From: a candidate division WWE3 bacterium RAAC2_WWE3_1 | GTDB taxonomy: Bacteria; Patescibacteriota; WWE3; UBA101185; UBA10185 | Assembly (NCBI GenBank): GCA_000503835.1 | Contig: CP006914.1 | Location: 465,680 to 529,679 of the forward strand | Reading direction: 5' to 3' | DNA length: 64,000 bases | Part shown: in pieces, positions 38,734 to 48,800 of the stretch | Layout: each line of letters begins with the position of its first letter | How positions within the stretch are numbered: the stretch's first letter is position 1 | Made by a program: the position numbers and the translations under genes | The notes under the pieces: generated by a model | The model's database searches: none | What the model saw: only the letters and a program-made list of their open reading frames with translations | What the model was told of the DNA's origin: nothing

Positions 38734-39051
38734 ATGAAGAAAAAAGTGCGTAAACCACGGGTTCAACGAACTTTTGGATATGCTGCTCTCGGCGTTGAGA
38801 TACATTTGTACAAAGACGCAACAAAGGCGGGGGCAGCCCTTTTGGTAACAGACCTTAATACGATTAAAGGAAATAAAACCGAATTTGGTCTGGTAGCGGT
38901 CAGGCTCGCTAACAATCTTGACGAGCTGAAAAAAATTACGGAGGCAGTTTCTGCCGCTCGGTTAGTTGCAAATTACGCACTAATGTTCGGAACAAGGCTG
39001 ATAGAGCGGACACCGAGCCTCAAAAAAGCCGAAAAATACTTGGAGGGTTAG
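38734..39051 (+). CDS. Hypothetical small basic protein (105 aa)
   Basis: Internal Met of track ORF 38665..39051 preceded by AAAGGAGG. Its C-terminus (..KAEKYLEG) resembles that of the preceding ORF (..ARKYLENG). Confidence 0.45.
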   Translation: MKKKVRKPRVQRTFGYAALGVEIHLYKDATKAGAALLVTDLNTIKGNKTEFGLVAVRLANNLDELKKITEAVSAARLVANYALMFGTRLIERTPSLKKAEKYLEG

Positions 39052-39153
39052 GGTCTTGTGACAAATTCATACAGGGGATCTTTACATTAAAACTAAAGGT
39101 CCCCCTCTTTTTTTCTTCACACGACAGGGAGAAAATGTTAATATTTCAAATGC

Positions 39154-39239
39154 GCCGAGGTACCAAAGTGGCCAACTGGAGCTGACTGTAAATCAGCTGG
39201 CATATGCCTACGGGGGTTCGAATCCCTCCCTCGGCACCA
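39154..39239 (+). tRNA. tRNA-Tyr (anticodon GUA) with long variable arm
   Basis: GCCGAGG..anticodon loop CUGUAAA..variable arm GCATATGCC..GGGGGTTCGAATCCCTC..CCTCGGC-A-CCA. Confidence 0.88.
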
Positions 39240-39242
39240 TAC

Positions 39243-40466
39243 TTAACTATCCAAGAATTTGTGGAGCTCGTTCAATTTTCCGTACTTTAAAGCCTCATAG
39301 ATAGTGGCTGTGGACACCAATTTCATGGGGTCGAGACCGAAACGTTTAATCTGTCCGGGCGTTAGTGTTCCCGCCCTGCTTAGAACACCCTCATTGGTCA
39401 GACCGTAGGTTTTCAGCTCCTCCTGTGAGTCTTTCAAAGCCTGCGCAGGGGCAAATCTCTTGGCTCCCCAGTTGCACCATAAACATACCTTATCTTTTGC
39501 TTCACCAAAAATATATTCCTGAATTTTCAAAACACCCGGCTCAGGAACCAGCCGTTCGGAGTCCTTCCCGTAATAAAAAGGGCACATATACCTGTCCGGA
39601 GGCATGGCGTGAAGCATGGAGCCGGCTGATCCGAAAAATGTCGTCCTTACGCCCATCATGGCCGCCCTAATCGATATAACGGCGGCGCCGGAAAGACTGC
39701 AAATAGGCGCGAAAACCACAAAATGTTTCAAACAATGGGAACCGTCGTTCCTGACTTTTAAACTCTTTTCATACGCCTCCATCGCCATAACAATCTGCAA
39801 CCCACCTGCTATGGCGTCGCACAAACAAACATACTCGCACTTGGCGTCAATTCCCTCATCTCTCAGATTACAAGCCACTGCTACCCTACCGTACGGGTTT
39901 TCAGGGTTGTCATCCCTCTGGTGACGTATATGAAGTTGGGTTGAAACAACGGTCTTTCCTGTTAAAAAATATATGGCGTCCTGCAAATTTACCTTAGGAT
40001 CACTAATTAAATTGGTGACTGCCATGTGCTTTTCCAGATGTCCGTCGGCCTCGGTTAAAATTCCTCTAAATTCAGCTGTCTGAACCAAGTATTCCGTCAG
40101 GGTTGCGAGATCCATTTGGGCCGGTATTCCGAGATCCAGCCTGGACGGCAAGAAGCTTATTCCATCCGGCTTTACAGTCCATCTTCCAACCGAAAGAGCC
40201 AGTCCCTCCTCGGTAGCCAGGGATACTATTCGAGGGTTCAAAACATTTTCCGGCCAATCAGCATAAATTTCGCGGAGATCCATTTCGCCTGTTAATACCT
40301 TGCGGTTACCCCTATTAACTGTATAGTCCGGCGACTTCAACAAATTTATCTGTTCGAATTTCTCCTCCTTTAAGGTGCTTTTTACTAAACCGGGAAGTAA
40401 GTCTTCTTTGGGGGTCACCATCTCTTCCGCTATCTCAAAAAATTTCGATGTTTCCCGGTATTTCAT
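39243..40466 (-). CDS. Hypothetical 407-aa protein, enzyme-like with several conserved Cys; family not recognised
   Basis: Track ORF lying between tRNA-Tyr and tRNA-Thr(GGU); GC-richer than the surroundings. No motif could be assigned by eye. Confidence 0.5.
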   Translation of the reverse strand: MKYRETSKFFEIAEEMVTPKEDLLPGLVKSTLKEEKFEQINLLKSPDYTVNRGNRKVLTGEMDLREIYADWPENVLNPRIVSLATEEGLALSVGRWTVKPDGISFLPSRLDLGIPAQMDLATLTEYLVQTAEFRGILTEADGHLEKHMAVTNLISDPKVNLQDAIYFLTGKTVVSTQLHIRHQRDDNPENPYGRVAVACNLRDEGIDAKCEYVCLCDAIAGGLQIVMAMEAYEKSLKVRNDGSHCLKHFVVFAPICSLSGAAVISIRAAMMGVRTTFFGSAGSMLHAMPPDRYMCPFYYGKDSERLVPEPGVLKIQEYIFGEAKDKVCLWCNWGAKRFAPAQALKDSQEELKTYGLTNEGVLSRAGTLTPGQIKRFGLDPMKLVSTATIYEALKYGKLNELHKFLDS

Positions 40467-40688
40467 CTCAATTTTCTCCCTTAAAAATGGGAAAGAGCCT
40501 TGCGGCCCTTAGTTCATTTGTATTTAAATTTATGTCCCAGCGTTTTTCCATCCTCTGGGATTTAAGTCTAGTCTCTGACGACGGAGTGTGTCAATGGAAA
40601 ATTTTTTTGGCACTCTAGCGACTATCCTTTCGGGAAAAAGAGTGATTGTCTACCAAGTTCGAATAGGCTAAAATGACCAAGATAATAT

Positions 40689-40763
40689 GCCTGGGTAGTT
40701 CAGTGGTAGAACGCTTCCATGGTAAGGAAGAAGTCGAGAGTTCGACTCTCTCCCCAGGCTCCA
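40689..40763 (+). tRNA. tRNA-Thr (anticodon GGU)
   Basis: GCCTGGG-TA-GTTC-AGTGGTA-GAAC-G-CTTCC-ATGGTAA-GGAAG-AAGTC-GAGAG-TTCGACT-CTCTC-CCCAGGC-T-CCA. Confidence 0.9.
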
Positions 40764-40773
40764 GAAATTTCAT

Positions 40774-40847
40774 AGGCTCGTAGTGAAATGGCATCACTTC
40801 CCTCTCCAAAAGGGACATTCCGGGTTCAAATCCTGGCGAGCCTGCCA
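40774..40847 (+). tRNA. tRNA-Trp (anticodon CCA)
   Basis: AGGCTCG-TA-GTGA-AATGGCA-TCAC-T-TCCCT-CTCCAAA-AGGGA-CATTC-CGGGT-TCAAATC-CTGGC-GAGCCT-G-CCA. Confidence 0.88.
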
Positions 40848-40893
40848 AACAAAGCTAATTGCAAAGCGAATCTCTTTGTTTAATAATCATGTA

Positions 40894-41373
40894 ATGAAGA
40901 AGATTATTGTTACTGTCGTCGTAGTCGGCGCAGTCGGCATTCTAGCTATTGGAATTTTGGGATATAAAGCTGATAAGGATTTCTTTCTCCCACCCGGATG
41001 TCGAAAAAGTCTTTTCTTAGGAGGTTGTTTTTCGACCAACGTAACCAAAGAATTACGCTACACGAATGTTCCAAGCTGTCTAGAGGTATCCAATAATGAT
41101 TGCACGTACGCGAGTATTCAACTTTATAATACCTGCGAAGGAAAAGTAACTGTTGAAGGTAACGAAATAGGTCCAAACTACAATTATCTGGTTTTTACCC
41201 TAAATCCAGATGGGAAACCACAGCTTATCAATACTAAAGACAGAAATCTTCCAAAAAATCCTGAAAACGATGAAAAGATTGTTCTTACGGGTTCATACAA
41301 CAATAAAAACTTTGAAATATCTTATACAAGAACCAGATCTTTATGTGATCAAAAGGGCGCAACAGTTAAATAG
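40894..41373 (+). CDS. Small membrane-anchored, Cys-rich secreted hypothetical protein (159 aa)
   Basis: Internal ATG (MKKIIVTVVVVGAVGILAIGILG) of the GTG-initiated track ORF 40783..41373, which otherwise overlaps tRNA-Trp. Confidence 0.5.
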   Translation: MKKIIVTVVVVGAVGILAIGILGYKADKDFFLPPGCRKSLFLGGCFSTNVTKELRYTNVPSCLEVSNNDCTYASIQLYNTCEGKVTVEGNEIGPNYNYLVFTLNPDGKPQLINTKDRNLPKNPENDEKIVLTGSYNNKNFEISYTRTRSLCDQKGATVK

Positions 41374-41716
41374 AATTTGTAACGTTATAAATAGGCACAA
41401 TTACACCGAGTACAGATACGGCGACAAAGTAACCTGATAAGGTTAATAAAAGCACTAAAGCAATTACACCCAGGTTAAACAGAGTGTTTGTGGGTTTCAT
41501 TAACAACTTAACCCCTACAATAATTACAACTAAAAAAATAAGTAAAAATATCACTGAAAAAACCGAAGAATATTGAGTGTATATCGGTAATTCAGCATCC
41601 ATTTCCTGGTATAGACTGAGCATTTTCGGGTAAACAGTTAACAAAAGAGCTATCTGCGTCAAAGCATATAAGGAAGCAAAAAATATATCCAAAATTCCTA
41701 CGACCTTATATTTCAT
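41366..41716 (-). CDS. Small polytopic membrane protein, hypothetical
   Basis: Three predicted TM helices; no motif. Confidence 0.4.
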   Translation of the reverse strand: MKYKVVGILDIFFASLYALTQIALLLTVYPKMLSLYQEMDAELPIYTQYSSVFSVIFLLIFLVVIIVGVKLLMKPTNTLFNLGVIALVLLLTLSGYFVAVSVLGVIVPIYNVTNSI

Positions 41717-41842
41717 ACACAAATGATAGCACTAAGAATACGCTCTAATACAACCCGACACCCTTTCTGAACACGTACGTTGACTTTGCCTCGAAACAAA
41801 ACTAGAATCGCTAAAATAGACACTAGAGAAAAGGAGAGAAAA

Positions 41843-42115
41843 ATGATTAAGCGTGATCCCCAGATTGAAAAGGAAATTGAAGAACGCACTGCATCACGGA
41901 AAAACTTTACCCTAGATAATGCGCAGTATGAACTTCTTCGCCAGCGTGGCGGCACCAAAGAAGAAGTGGAAAAATTTGAGAAAAGCTTGTCCAGGGAAAT
42001 CTCGTACAGGTGCAACAAAAATCCCTTGTTTATGCCTGAAGTGTGGGTAGCCTACCGCATAAAAGGTCTCAAACCCCATGAGATTGAATATGATTGGGTT
42101 TATGCCTTCCGCTAA
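41843..42115 (+). CDS. Hypothetical small protein (90 aa)
   Basis: RBS context AGAAAAGGAGAGAAAAATGA is identical to that of the ORF at 38359. A strong terminator follows. Confidence 0.5.
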   Translation: MIKRDPQIEKEIEERTASRKNFTLDNAQYELLRQRGGTKEEVEKFEKSLSREISYRCNKNPLFMPEVWVAYRIKGLKPHEIEYDWVYAFR

Positions 42116-42128
42116 AACTGTCCGATAA

Positions 42129-42166
42129 AACCTCTTTCTTGTATATACGGAAAGAGGTTCTTTTTG
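42129..42166 (+). terminator. Rho-independent terminator (10-bp perfect stem AACCTCTTTC/GAAAGAGGTT plus T5)
   Basis: Read from the sequence, downstream of the 41843..42115 ORF. Confidence 0.6.
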
Positions 42167-42171
42167 TTATT

Positions 42172-42208
42172 TCAAAAAACCGGACAGCTTAAGTGTAGCC
42201 GCCCGGTT
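42172..42208 (-). terminator. Rho-independent terminator for the convergent minus-strand gene (stem AACCGG/CCGGTT plus U6 on the minus strand)
   Basis: Read from the sequence; forms back-to-back terminators between convergent genes. Confidence 0.4.
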
Positions 42209-42230
42209 AATTTATTTGAGATTATAATTC

Positions 42231-42740
42231 TTAGTTTTCCTCGCCACGAAGCCTTCTAAGCCTCGACTCTAAGGTAGTTTCGTCACTGGCGCTGAGTGTA
42301 AACTTTTCAGGATTGTAGTTATTCCAAGAAGAGTTAAACGTGCCATTAATTTTCAGATTCCCGTCATCGTTGGATGTACCCTTACCAATTTCATTACCGT
42401 CATATTTCAACGTGTATTCCTTATTGGCTGCCAGGTTGTGCCCGTGGAACTTAACCATATCCTTCTTGTGTTTTACTAACAACATTCCCCAGGCGTCATC
42501 ATCGTAATCGTAGCGTGCGTCCGAATCGGTAGAAGTACCATCGGGGTACATATAAGCTTTAGTAACAGGTTTTTCTTTGGCGTTCTTGGCTGCAAGTTTC
42601 GCCTCCATTTTTTCTTCCTTACTCATGTGCCCGTAGGCCTTACCGTTTGATCCGGGGTTCTGAGGTTTTGCAGCAAAAGCCACCGATGTAAGCACAACTA
42701 CAGCTACTGCAATTGCAATAATGTTTTTCAATCTATTCAC
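42231..42740 (-). CDS. Secreted hypothetical protein
   Basis: Signal peptide (IIAIAVAVVVLTSVAFAA); a charged, Lys/Asp/Asn-rich mature protein. Confidence 0.5.
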   Translation of the reverse strand: MNRLKNIIAIAVAVVVLTSVAFAAKPQNPGSNGKAYGHMSKEEKMEAKLAAKNAKEKPVTKAYMYPDGTSTDSDARYDYDDDAWGMLLVKHKKDMVKFHGHNLAANKEYTLKYDGNEIGKGTSNDDGNLKINGTFNSSWNNYNPEKFTLSASDETTLESRLRRLRGEEN

Positions 42741-42927
42741 CGCCTTTCATGGAAAAATCAACACAAACAGACATTAATATATAAGGTTTGGGGCGTGGGT
42801 GTTTTAATAAATTTCGTAAGTTTTTCATTTTTGTACGTTCAAAAACATGCAAAGAAAAACTTTTTGAAGACACCGCATTATACCAAAACTGACCTGATGA
42901 TTCAATTTTCCGTGGGTAAAACTCTTT

Positions 42928-45141
42928 TTATTCGTATCGTAATGCGTCCAACGCAGATATTTTTGTGGCTCTTCTTGATGGATAAATTCCCGTTACAAGA
43001 CCAACCGTTAACGAAAGGAAAAATATTAGTAGTAAAAATACCGGAGGTATGTACGTAATATCTATAAAGCCCGCGCCCTTTATTAGCCCCATTATCGACA
43101 GGATCAAACTAATAAACTTGCCGCAAATAAAACCCAAAAACATTCCGATAACGCCCCCCATAAATCCCATAAGTATCGACTCGGTTAGGAACAATCTCTT
43201 TACTTCGTCAGTAGTCATGCCCATAGCCTTCATCAACCCAACTTCTCTTGTCCTTTCCAACAAAGACACCGTAAGGGTGTTAAACATGCCCAGAGAGGCT
43301 ACACCTAAAGCAACACCGCCCAACAAACCCAAAATCAGTCTGATTGTAGAAAACAGCTGATTAATCTGAGCCACAGTGTCTACAACAGAGCTGGTAAGAA
43401 ATCCTCCGGACTCCACTCTTTTCCTCACTTCGGCAAGTTTTTCAGCCGCGGTTGCGATGATTTTGACCTGCGAAAAATTTGTAACACCAAGGTATCTCAG
43501 ATCGTTCAAAGGTACGTAGAAAAACGGTGAGTCATCGCCCGGTATTATTCCGACAATCTTGTATTCAGTAAACTCACTTTCGACTTTTTTATTAGAGTCC
43601 AGCAGATTGCCTGTCAACACAAATGACACGTTAAATTTACTACCTACAGAATTAGGTTCATGAAAGCCCAGAACCTTTAAAAAGGCGGTGTTTACTACTG
43701 CTTCCCTCTGCGCCGCATCGGGCAAAACAACTTTGGTGTTCTGACTTAATCCGGCTGACGCAGAAGACTCGTACACTTTCGCGATATAGTCTTCGTCTGA
43801 CAATTGTTCCAGACCAGAAGCGTTCACAGGTGACGATTGCCCGGTGGTATTTAATACCGCACTGTCTCCCGGAGCAGAATCCCCCAGGACCGTACGGACA
43901 TCCTCTATTCCCAATACCCCTTCTTCAGAAACTAAGAAGTTTGATACGACCTTGTTAACCATTATTTCAAGTTCCGGTGTGTATCCTATGGCATACATCT
44001 GCCCCCCGGACTCGTCAAAAGTAGGATAATATCTTCCTTCCTCACAAAGTGGCTCGTGTAGGGGACAATTTTTCTGCTCCCAAACCGGAACCATTGCTTT
44101 GATCCATTTTCCCATCCACTCACCGGAACCACTCTGTGCAATTCTCCCGTACTCTGCGGGAACATACTCTTGACCCCAATATTCTTCGCCATATTGGACG
44201 CCGACCATTCTTTTTGTGTACCCTATAACCTTTGAGGATAGTTTGGGCTCCGAGTATACCCTAAGCCACGAATTTGGAAATATTGTGTACTCAATATCCC
44301 CTATTCTATCTCCAATATAGGATTGAGTTTTTACCGCCATAACTCCGGAAACATCACCTCCAACAACATATTCAGGAGCGCCACCTATATTTTCTTCACT
44401 CTCAACACCCTTTTCTTCAATACTATGGGTATTTATAGAGACCGTGTCTTCGGTTTTAAAAAGTACCCCATCAATAGGTTTAATAGCAGAATTTTCCAAG
44501 TATTTTGTGGTCACTCCATAAACCGCTACGTCTGTGACTGACCCCTCAAATTTAACTTTGGCTGCTACTCCGACGAGGGGAAGAGCTGCCTCGACGTAAT
44601 CCTGACTCTTGAAATCTTCAAGTGATTTATCCGTAATTTTGTTTCTGCTCCCCGGCTGCGTAGAAACGTCGACCTGTTTCATCTCATCAAGTTTGGCCAC
44701 CCTTGTTATTACCAAATTCTGTACACCATAGCCGAGAGATACCAAAAACACGATGGCAGCAATACCCAAAGCCATCCCACCCACGGTAATAATAGAACGT
44801 GTCTTTTTGAAGGCCATGTTTCTAAAAGCAAGATCGAACAAGTCGAACCAGCTCATTCTGGATGCGAACTGTGTATCATATTTTTGGGCTATACGCGCAA
44901 TAGCAACATTAAATCTCATTATCGTAAATCTGATCATGTTCGGAGTACGGTGCGAGCGAATTAAAAATACCGTGGGAATATTTAAGACATAAAGCGTAAA
45001 CATGAACATAAAGACAGCGTAAAATCTAAGGCCTTCCCAAAGCTTTAACAGAAAATAAGGTATTTTTCTAAAAAAGTTCGGGATATTCTTAATAAATTCA
45101 AAGATTTTATTTATTTTCATTTTCCTGTACACCCACTTCAA
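42928..45141 (-). CDS. MacB/FtsX-type ABC transporter permease with an unusually large (~500-aa) extracytoplasmic domain
   Basis: N-terminal TM helix, a long periplasmic region, then a C-terminal FtsX 4-TM bundle (..GVIGMFLGFICGKFI..SRRATKISALDALRYE). Confidence 0.8.
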   Translation of the reverse strand: MKWVYRKMKINKIFEFIKNIPNFFRKIPYFLLKLWEGLRFYAVFMFMFTLYVLNIPTVFLIRSHRTPNMIRFTIMRFNVAIARIAQKYDTQFASRMSWFDLFDLAFRNMAFKKTRSIITVGGMALGIAAIVFLVSLGYGVQNLVITRVAKLDEMKQVDVSTQPGSRNKITDKSLEDFKSQDYVEAALPLVGVAAKVKFEGSVTDVAVYGVTTKYLENSAIKPIDGVLFKTEDTVSINTHSIEEKGVESEENIGGAPEYVVGGDVSGVMAVKTQSYIGDRIGDIEYTIFPNSWLRVYSEPKLSSKVIGYTKRMVGVQYGEEYWGQEYVPAEYGRIAQSGSGEWMGKWIKAMVPVWEQKNCPLHEPLCEEGRYYPTFDESGGQMYAIGYTPELEIMVNKVVSNFLVSEEGVLGIEDVRTVLGDSAPGDSAVLNTTGQSSPVNASGLEQLSDEDYIAKVYESSASAGLSQNTKVVLPDAAQREAVVNTAFLKVLGFHEPNSVGSKFNVSFVLTGNLLDSNKKVESEFTEYKIVGIIPGDDSPFFYVPLNDLRYLGVTNFSQVKIIATAAEKLAEVRKRVESGGFLTSSVVDTVAQINQLFSTIRLILGLLGGVALGVASLGMFNTLTVSLLERTREVGLMKAMGMTTDEVKRLFLTESILMGFMGGVIGMFLGFICGKFISLILSIMGLIKGAGFIDITYIPPVFLLLIFFLSLTVGLVTGIYPSRRATKISALDALRYE

Positions 45142-45886
45142 CCTCTACGCCCCTCTTGAATTTCATTGACGCCATAATTTTATCCTTGTCCTTACCCTCA
45201 TATATACCTTCTAACCCACCGTCAAATATTCTGACGACGCGGTTTGCGTATTTTATGTATTCCAGGTCATGCGTGACCATGATGACGGTCTTGGCCATTT
45301 CCTTCGACATCTTGGATAACAACTCCATTACAGCAACCCCGGATTGGTAGTCGAGGTTTCCGGTAGGTTCGTCGGCAACAATAATTTTCGGGTCATTAAT
45401 GAGAGCCCTGGCCAGTGAAATTCTCTGCTGCTGCCCAGAGGAAAGCTCGGACGGAAAATATTCTGCCCAGTCTTTCATTCCCAAACTATCCAAAATGTGA
45501 AGTGCTGCATTTGCAGCGTTTCCTTTATCTACGCCTGTCAAAACAAGCGGGAAACTTACATTTTCGCGCACATTGAGAGAGCGGATCCAATTAGCCTGTT
45601 GGTAAACCATCCCAATGTTTTTCTTCCTGAATTCCGATCTAAAGTCCTCGTTTGGCTGAGAATAAATATCAGTCCCCAAAACTATAATTTGACCTGTACT
45701 GGGACCTTCCAGACCTAAAATAGTATGAAGTAATGTTGACTTGCCACAGCCGGACGGACCGAGTATGACCAAAAACTCACCCTTGTATATATCGAACGAG
45801 ATTCCCTTGAGTATTTCCACATCCGCAGTACCTACTCTGAACGATTTGTGCACGTCTTTAACCTCAACTACTTTTTCGGATTCCAT
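45107..45886 (-). CDS. ABC transporter ATP-binding protein (MacB/LolD-type)
   Basis: Walker A GPSGCGKST, Q-loop, signature LSGGQQQRISLARAL, Walker B IIVADEPTGNLD and H-loop VTHD. Confidence 0.9.
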   Translation of the reverse strand: MESEKVVEVKDVHKSFRVGTADVEILKGISFDIYKGEFLVILGPSGCGKSTLLHTILGLEGPSTGQIIVLGTDIYSQPNEDFRSEFRKKNIGMVYQQANWIRSLNVRENVSFPLVLTGVDKGNAANAALHILDSLGMKDWAEYFPSELSSGQQQRISLARALINDPKIIVADEPTGNLDYQSGVAVMELLSKMSKEMAKTVIMVTHDLEYIKYANRVVRIFDGGLEGIYEGKDKDKIMASMKFKRGVEVEVGVQENENK

Positions 45887-45888
45887 TT

Positions 45889-48800
45889 CTATTTTATATC
45901 CCCGAGAAAACCAAATACCTGCTGAAGGCTGGAAATTACCAGATTCAACGCGTCATCCGTGGCCTTCGGTGTGATTGTTACAGTATCTACCGAGTAGCCC
46001 TCATTACCGGCGCTATCCGTCGACATCGCTCTGAAATGATATACTCTGGAAGGTACCAGATTAGACAATATTACAACGTGGTTGTAAGTCATACTAGAAT
46101 CTTCCTTTGTTTTCTGAGAATAAGTTGTTCCTGTACCGTCGCCAAATTCGACTTGAGCAGTTGACGGCTCATCTGTGTCCCACGAAATAACGAGCTGTGC
46201 AACTTTCTCGCCCGTGCCACTGTCACCCGGGCTCATACTGCTCTCTACCTTAAGATTCTCAATATAAGGCGCCCTTGTGTCAGTTGCAGTTGTGAAATCC
46301 AGTACAGAAGACGATACTTCATTACCTACGCGGTCTTTTCCGCTTACGATGATTGAATAGGGCGTCTGAGGCTGGAGGTTTTCAAGTACAATACGGTGCT
46401 TACCTGAAGTCAACGCAACATTGGCGTTGTCTTTAACTGCGGCCGGAGAATTTTTCGGGTAGTAGGTAACAACGCTTGAAATGGGTGTGTTTGAAGTCCA
46501 ACTAACAAGTACCGATGTTTTTGCAGCTCCTTTGATTTGAACTATATTAACATTCTCTATCCTCGGTCTGGGCAGTGTTTGAAAGCTCAGCAAATTACCT
46601 TCATACTCATCACCTTCAGTATCAAACGTATTTATTTTATAAAAATATTTAGTCTCATCTTTGAGCCCTTCGAGTAGCATCGAGTACGTAGTTTTTGATG
46701 TGGATGTGGAAAGTTCAAGAATTCCCCCCAACGCTGTAGTTTCACCGTAATAAATAGCCACTTTTGTCGCCCCTTCAGCCGTAAATACAATTTCAGCTGT
46801 GTCTATGCTAACGTTCGATGCTTTCGGGTCGGTTACCGTAGGTGCAGGTTCTGTTTTAAATTCGTATTCCTCACTTATTCCGGTATTTCCATCCTCATCA
46901 GTCCATTTGGCGACGAAGTAATAAGTGGTTCCCGGACTAAGGTTACTTAAATTTATCTCATGATCGGTAACCTGCTCGGAGTTTGAAGGCTCTTCATCAA
47001 TGTAGTCACCGGAGCCTTCCCCGTACTGTATTTTTGTATCCGAAGTTCTGTTTGTAGACCAAGAGATTGTAGCTTTTTTAGTGGTAATGTTGGTAACGAC
47101 AGGCTCCGCGCTAAGCGCCGCAGGTTCCGTAAACCGGCCTGTAGGCATCATGGAAACTACCGACGAAAAGGCGCCGCAATTATTGGTGTTATCACAAGCC
47201 CGGATTTTGTAATAATAATTCTGCTGCTCCAGACCTGTGTCCACATGTGCGATTCCTCCCTCTATGGTGCTGATTCTAGTAAAAGTTACGTTGTCCGTGG
47301 ATCTGTGAACTTCATATTTGGCAACTGTTCCGACAGCAGGGGCTTCCCAGGAAGTTGCCAGCTTCCACGAACTAGTGCTCTTAACTGAGACATCTGCAAT
47401 TTCAACATTTAGGGGTATGCCGGGCGCTGCGGTACTAACAAAAAACTCCTTCGTAATAAACGCACCATAGTTAATGTTTCCTACCCCGTCTCTGGCAGAA
47501 ACGTAGAAAACGTTGCGTCCCGGCAGGTTGGCAAAAGCTTGGGGGCCTACCCCGGTTATTCCCGGCGCTGTGAAGGTACAGTTGTCCACCCCATCCACAA
47601 TACTGGGCTCGACGTTTACCGTGTAGCAATAAGTCAGGTCGCTTTCGGCACCGCTATATCCACCGGGTTCAGGAGAATCCCATATAAATGTGAAAAGATT
47701 CGCACTAGACGGGCTAAGCGCCGTCGTCTCAGGTAGAGATTCCAGCCCCAGAGGTGCTGTGGGAGCCGTGCCCGCGTAGTAAAACGGAACATTGTACACT
47801 ACGGGAACACCCTCACTATTCGAACTTACGTTAAGCGCGTTGTCTATTGTTCTGAGATAGAAGTAGTTCACGCCGTCCTGGTAAGCAGCGTCAGGTATCA
47901 CAACCTCGGTCAGAGTAGTAGTATCGGACCACTCTCCGTCTTCTCCAAGCTTATATTGGTAGCCCGCTAATCCTGAACAAACATCCGGCGACGAGCAATC
48001 TTTAGCCATAGACACACCGGCACCAGGCCACAAAAATGTGTACTCGTTGACTGCGGTATAACCTGGAGGCGAAACCGACACAGTGGCAGGTAGTGTTGGG
48101 CCCTCACCGTCATATTTATAAATAAAAGGACTGCTGTCAGGGTACACAGCACTGACATTCTGAGCTTTATCTTTTGTCTGAATACGGAAGTAGTAAGACG
48201 TTCCGCTGACCATATTTTGCGGAATAAAATAAGATTCTTCCTGGAATGTACCGACTCCAGGGTCACATGGTACGGCATCTATGTCATCACCGAAATATAC
48301 GCAATAACCATCTATTCCGGCATCTCCTACGTCAGTTGCCCCTGACCATGAAAAGTACGGGGCATCATGCGAATACCAAGTATCGGAAGTAAGTAGGTCA
48401 CTACCTGATTCCGAGTCCAAAACCGTGTATGAGGTCGGAGGATTGGGATTCGATGTATCGGGTTCAGCGCTTAGCGTTACCCCGGACAAAGTTACCTGCT
48501 CCGTACCATCACCCGTAAAAATTGCCTGCCATTTTAATCCGGCAGAAGTAATTGGAAAATCAATTATATGGTCATTTACATCCGTTGAAGTATTAGCCTG
48601 ATTTAGAGCTGAGGAAGAAACCCATGAAACTCCGTTCCAGTATTGCCAGCTAATTCCCCCGTCTCCCGACAATCTATATGTCAAAGTTCCCCCATTAGGT
48701 GTTTCGCTCGGTGTAAATCCCGTATACCAAGCAATGTCTTCTGTAAAAACAGCTGTTGAATTCGAAACGGTTTGCGAGTCCGTAGAATAGGGCGCCTCTA

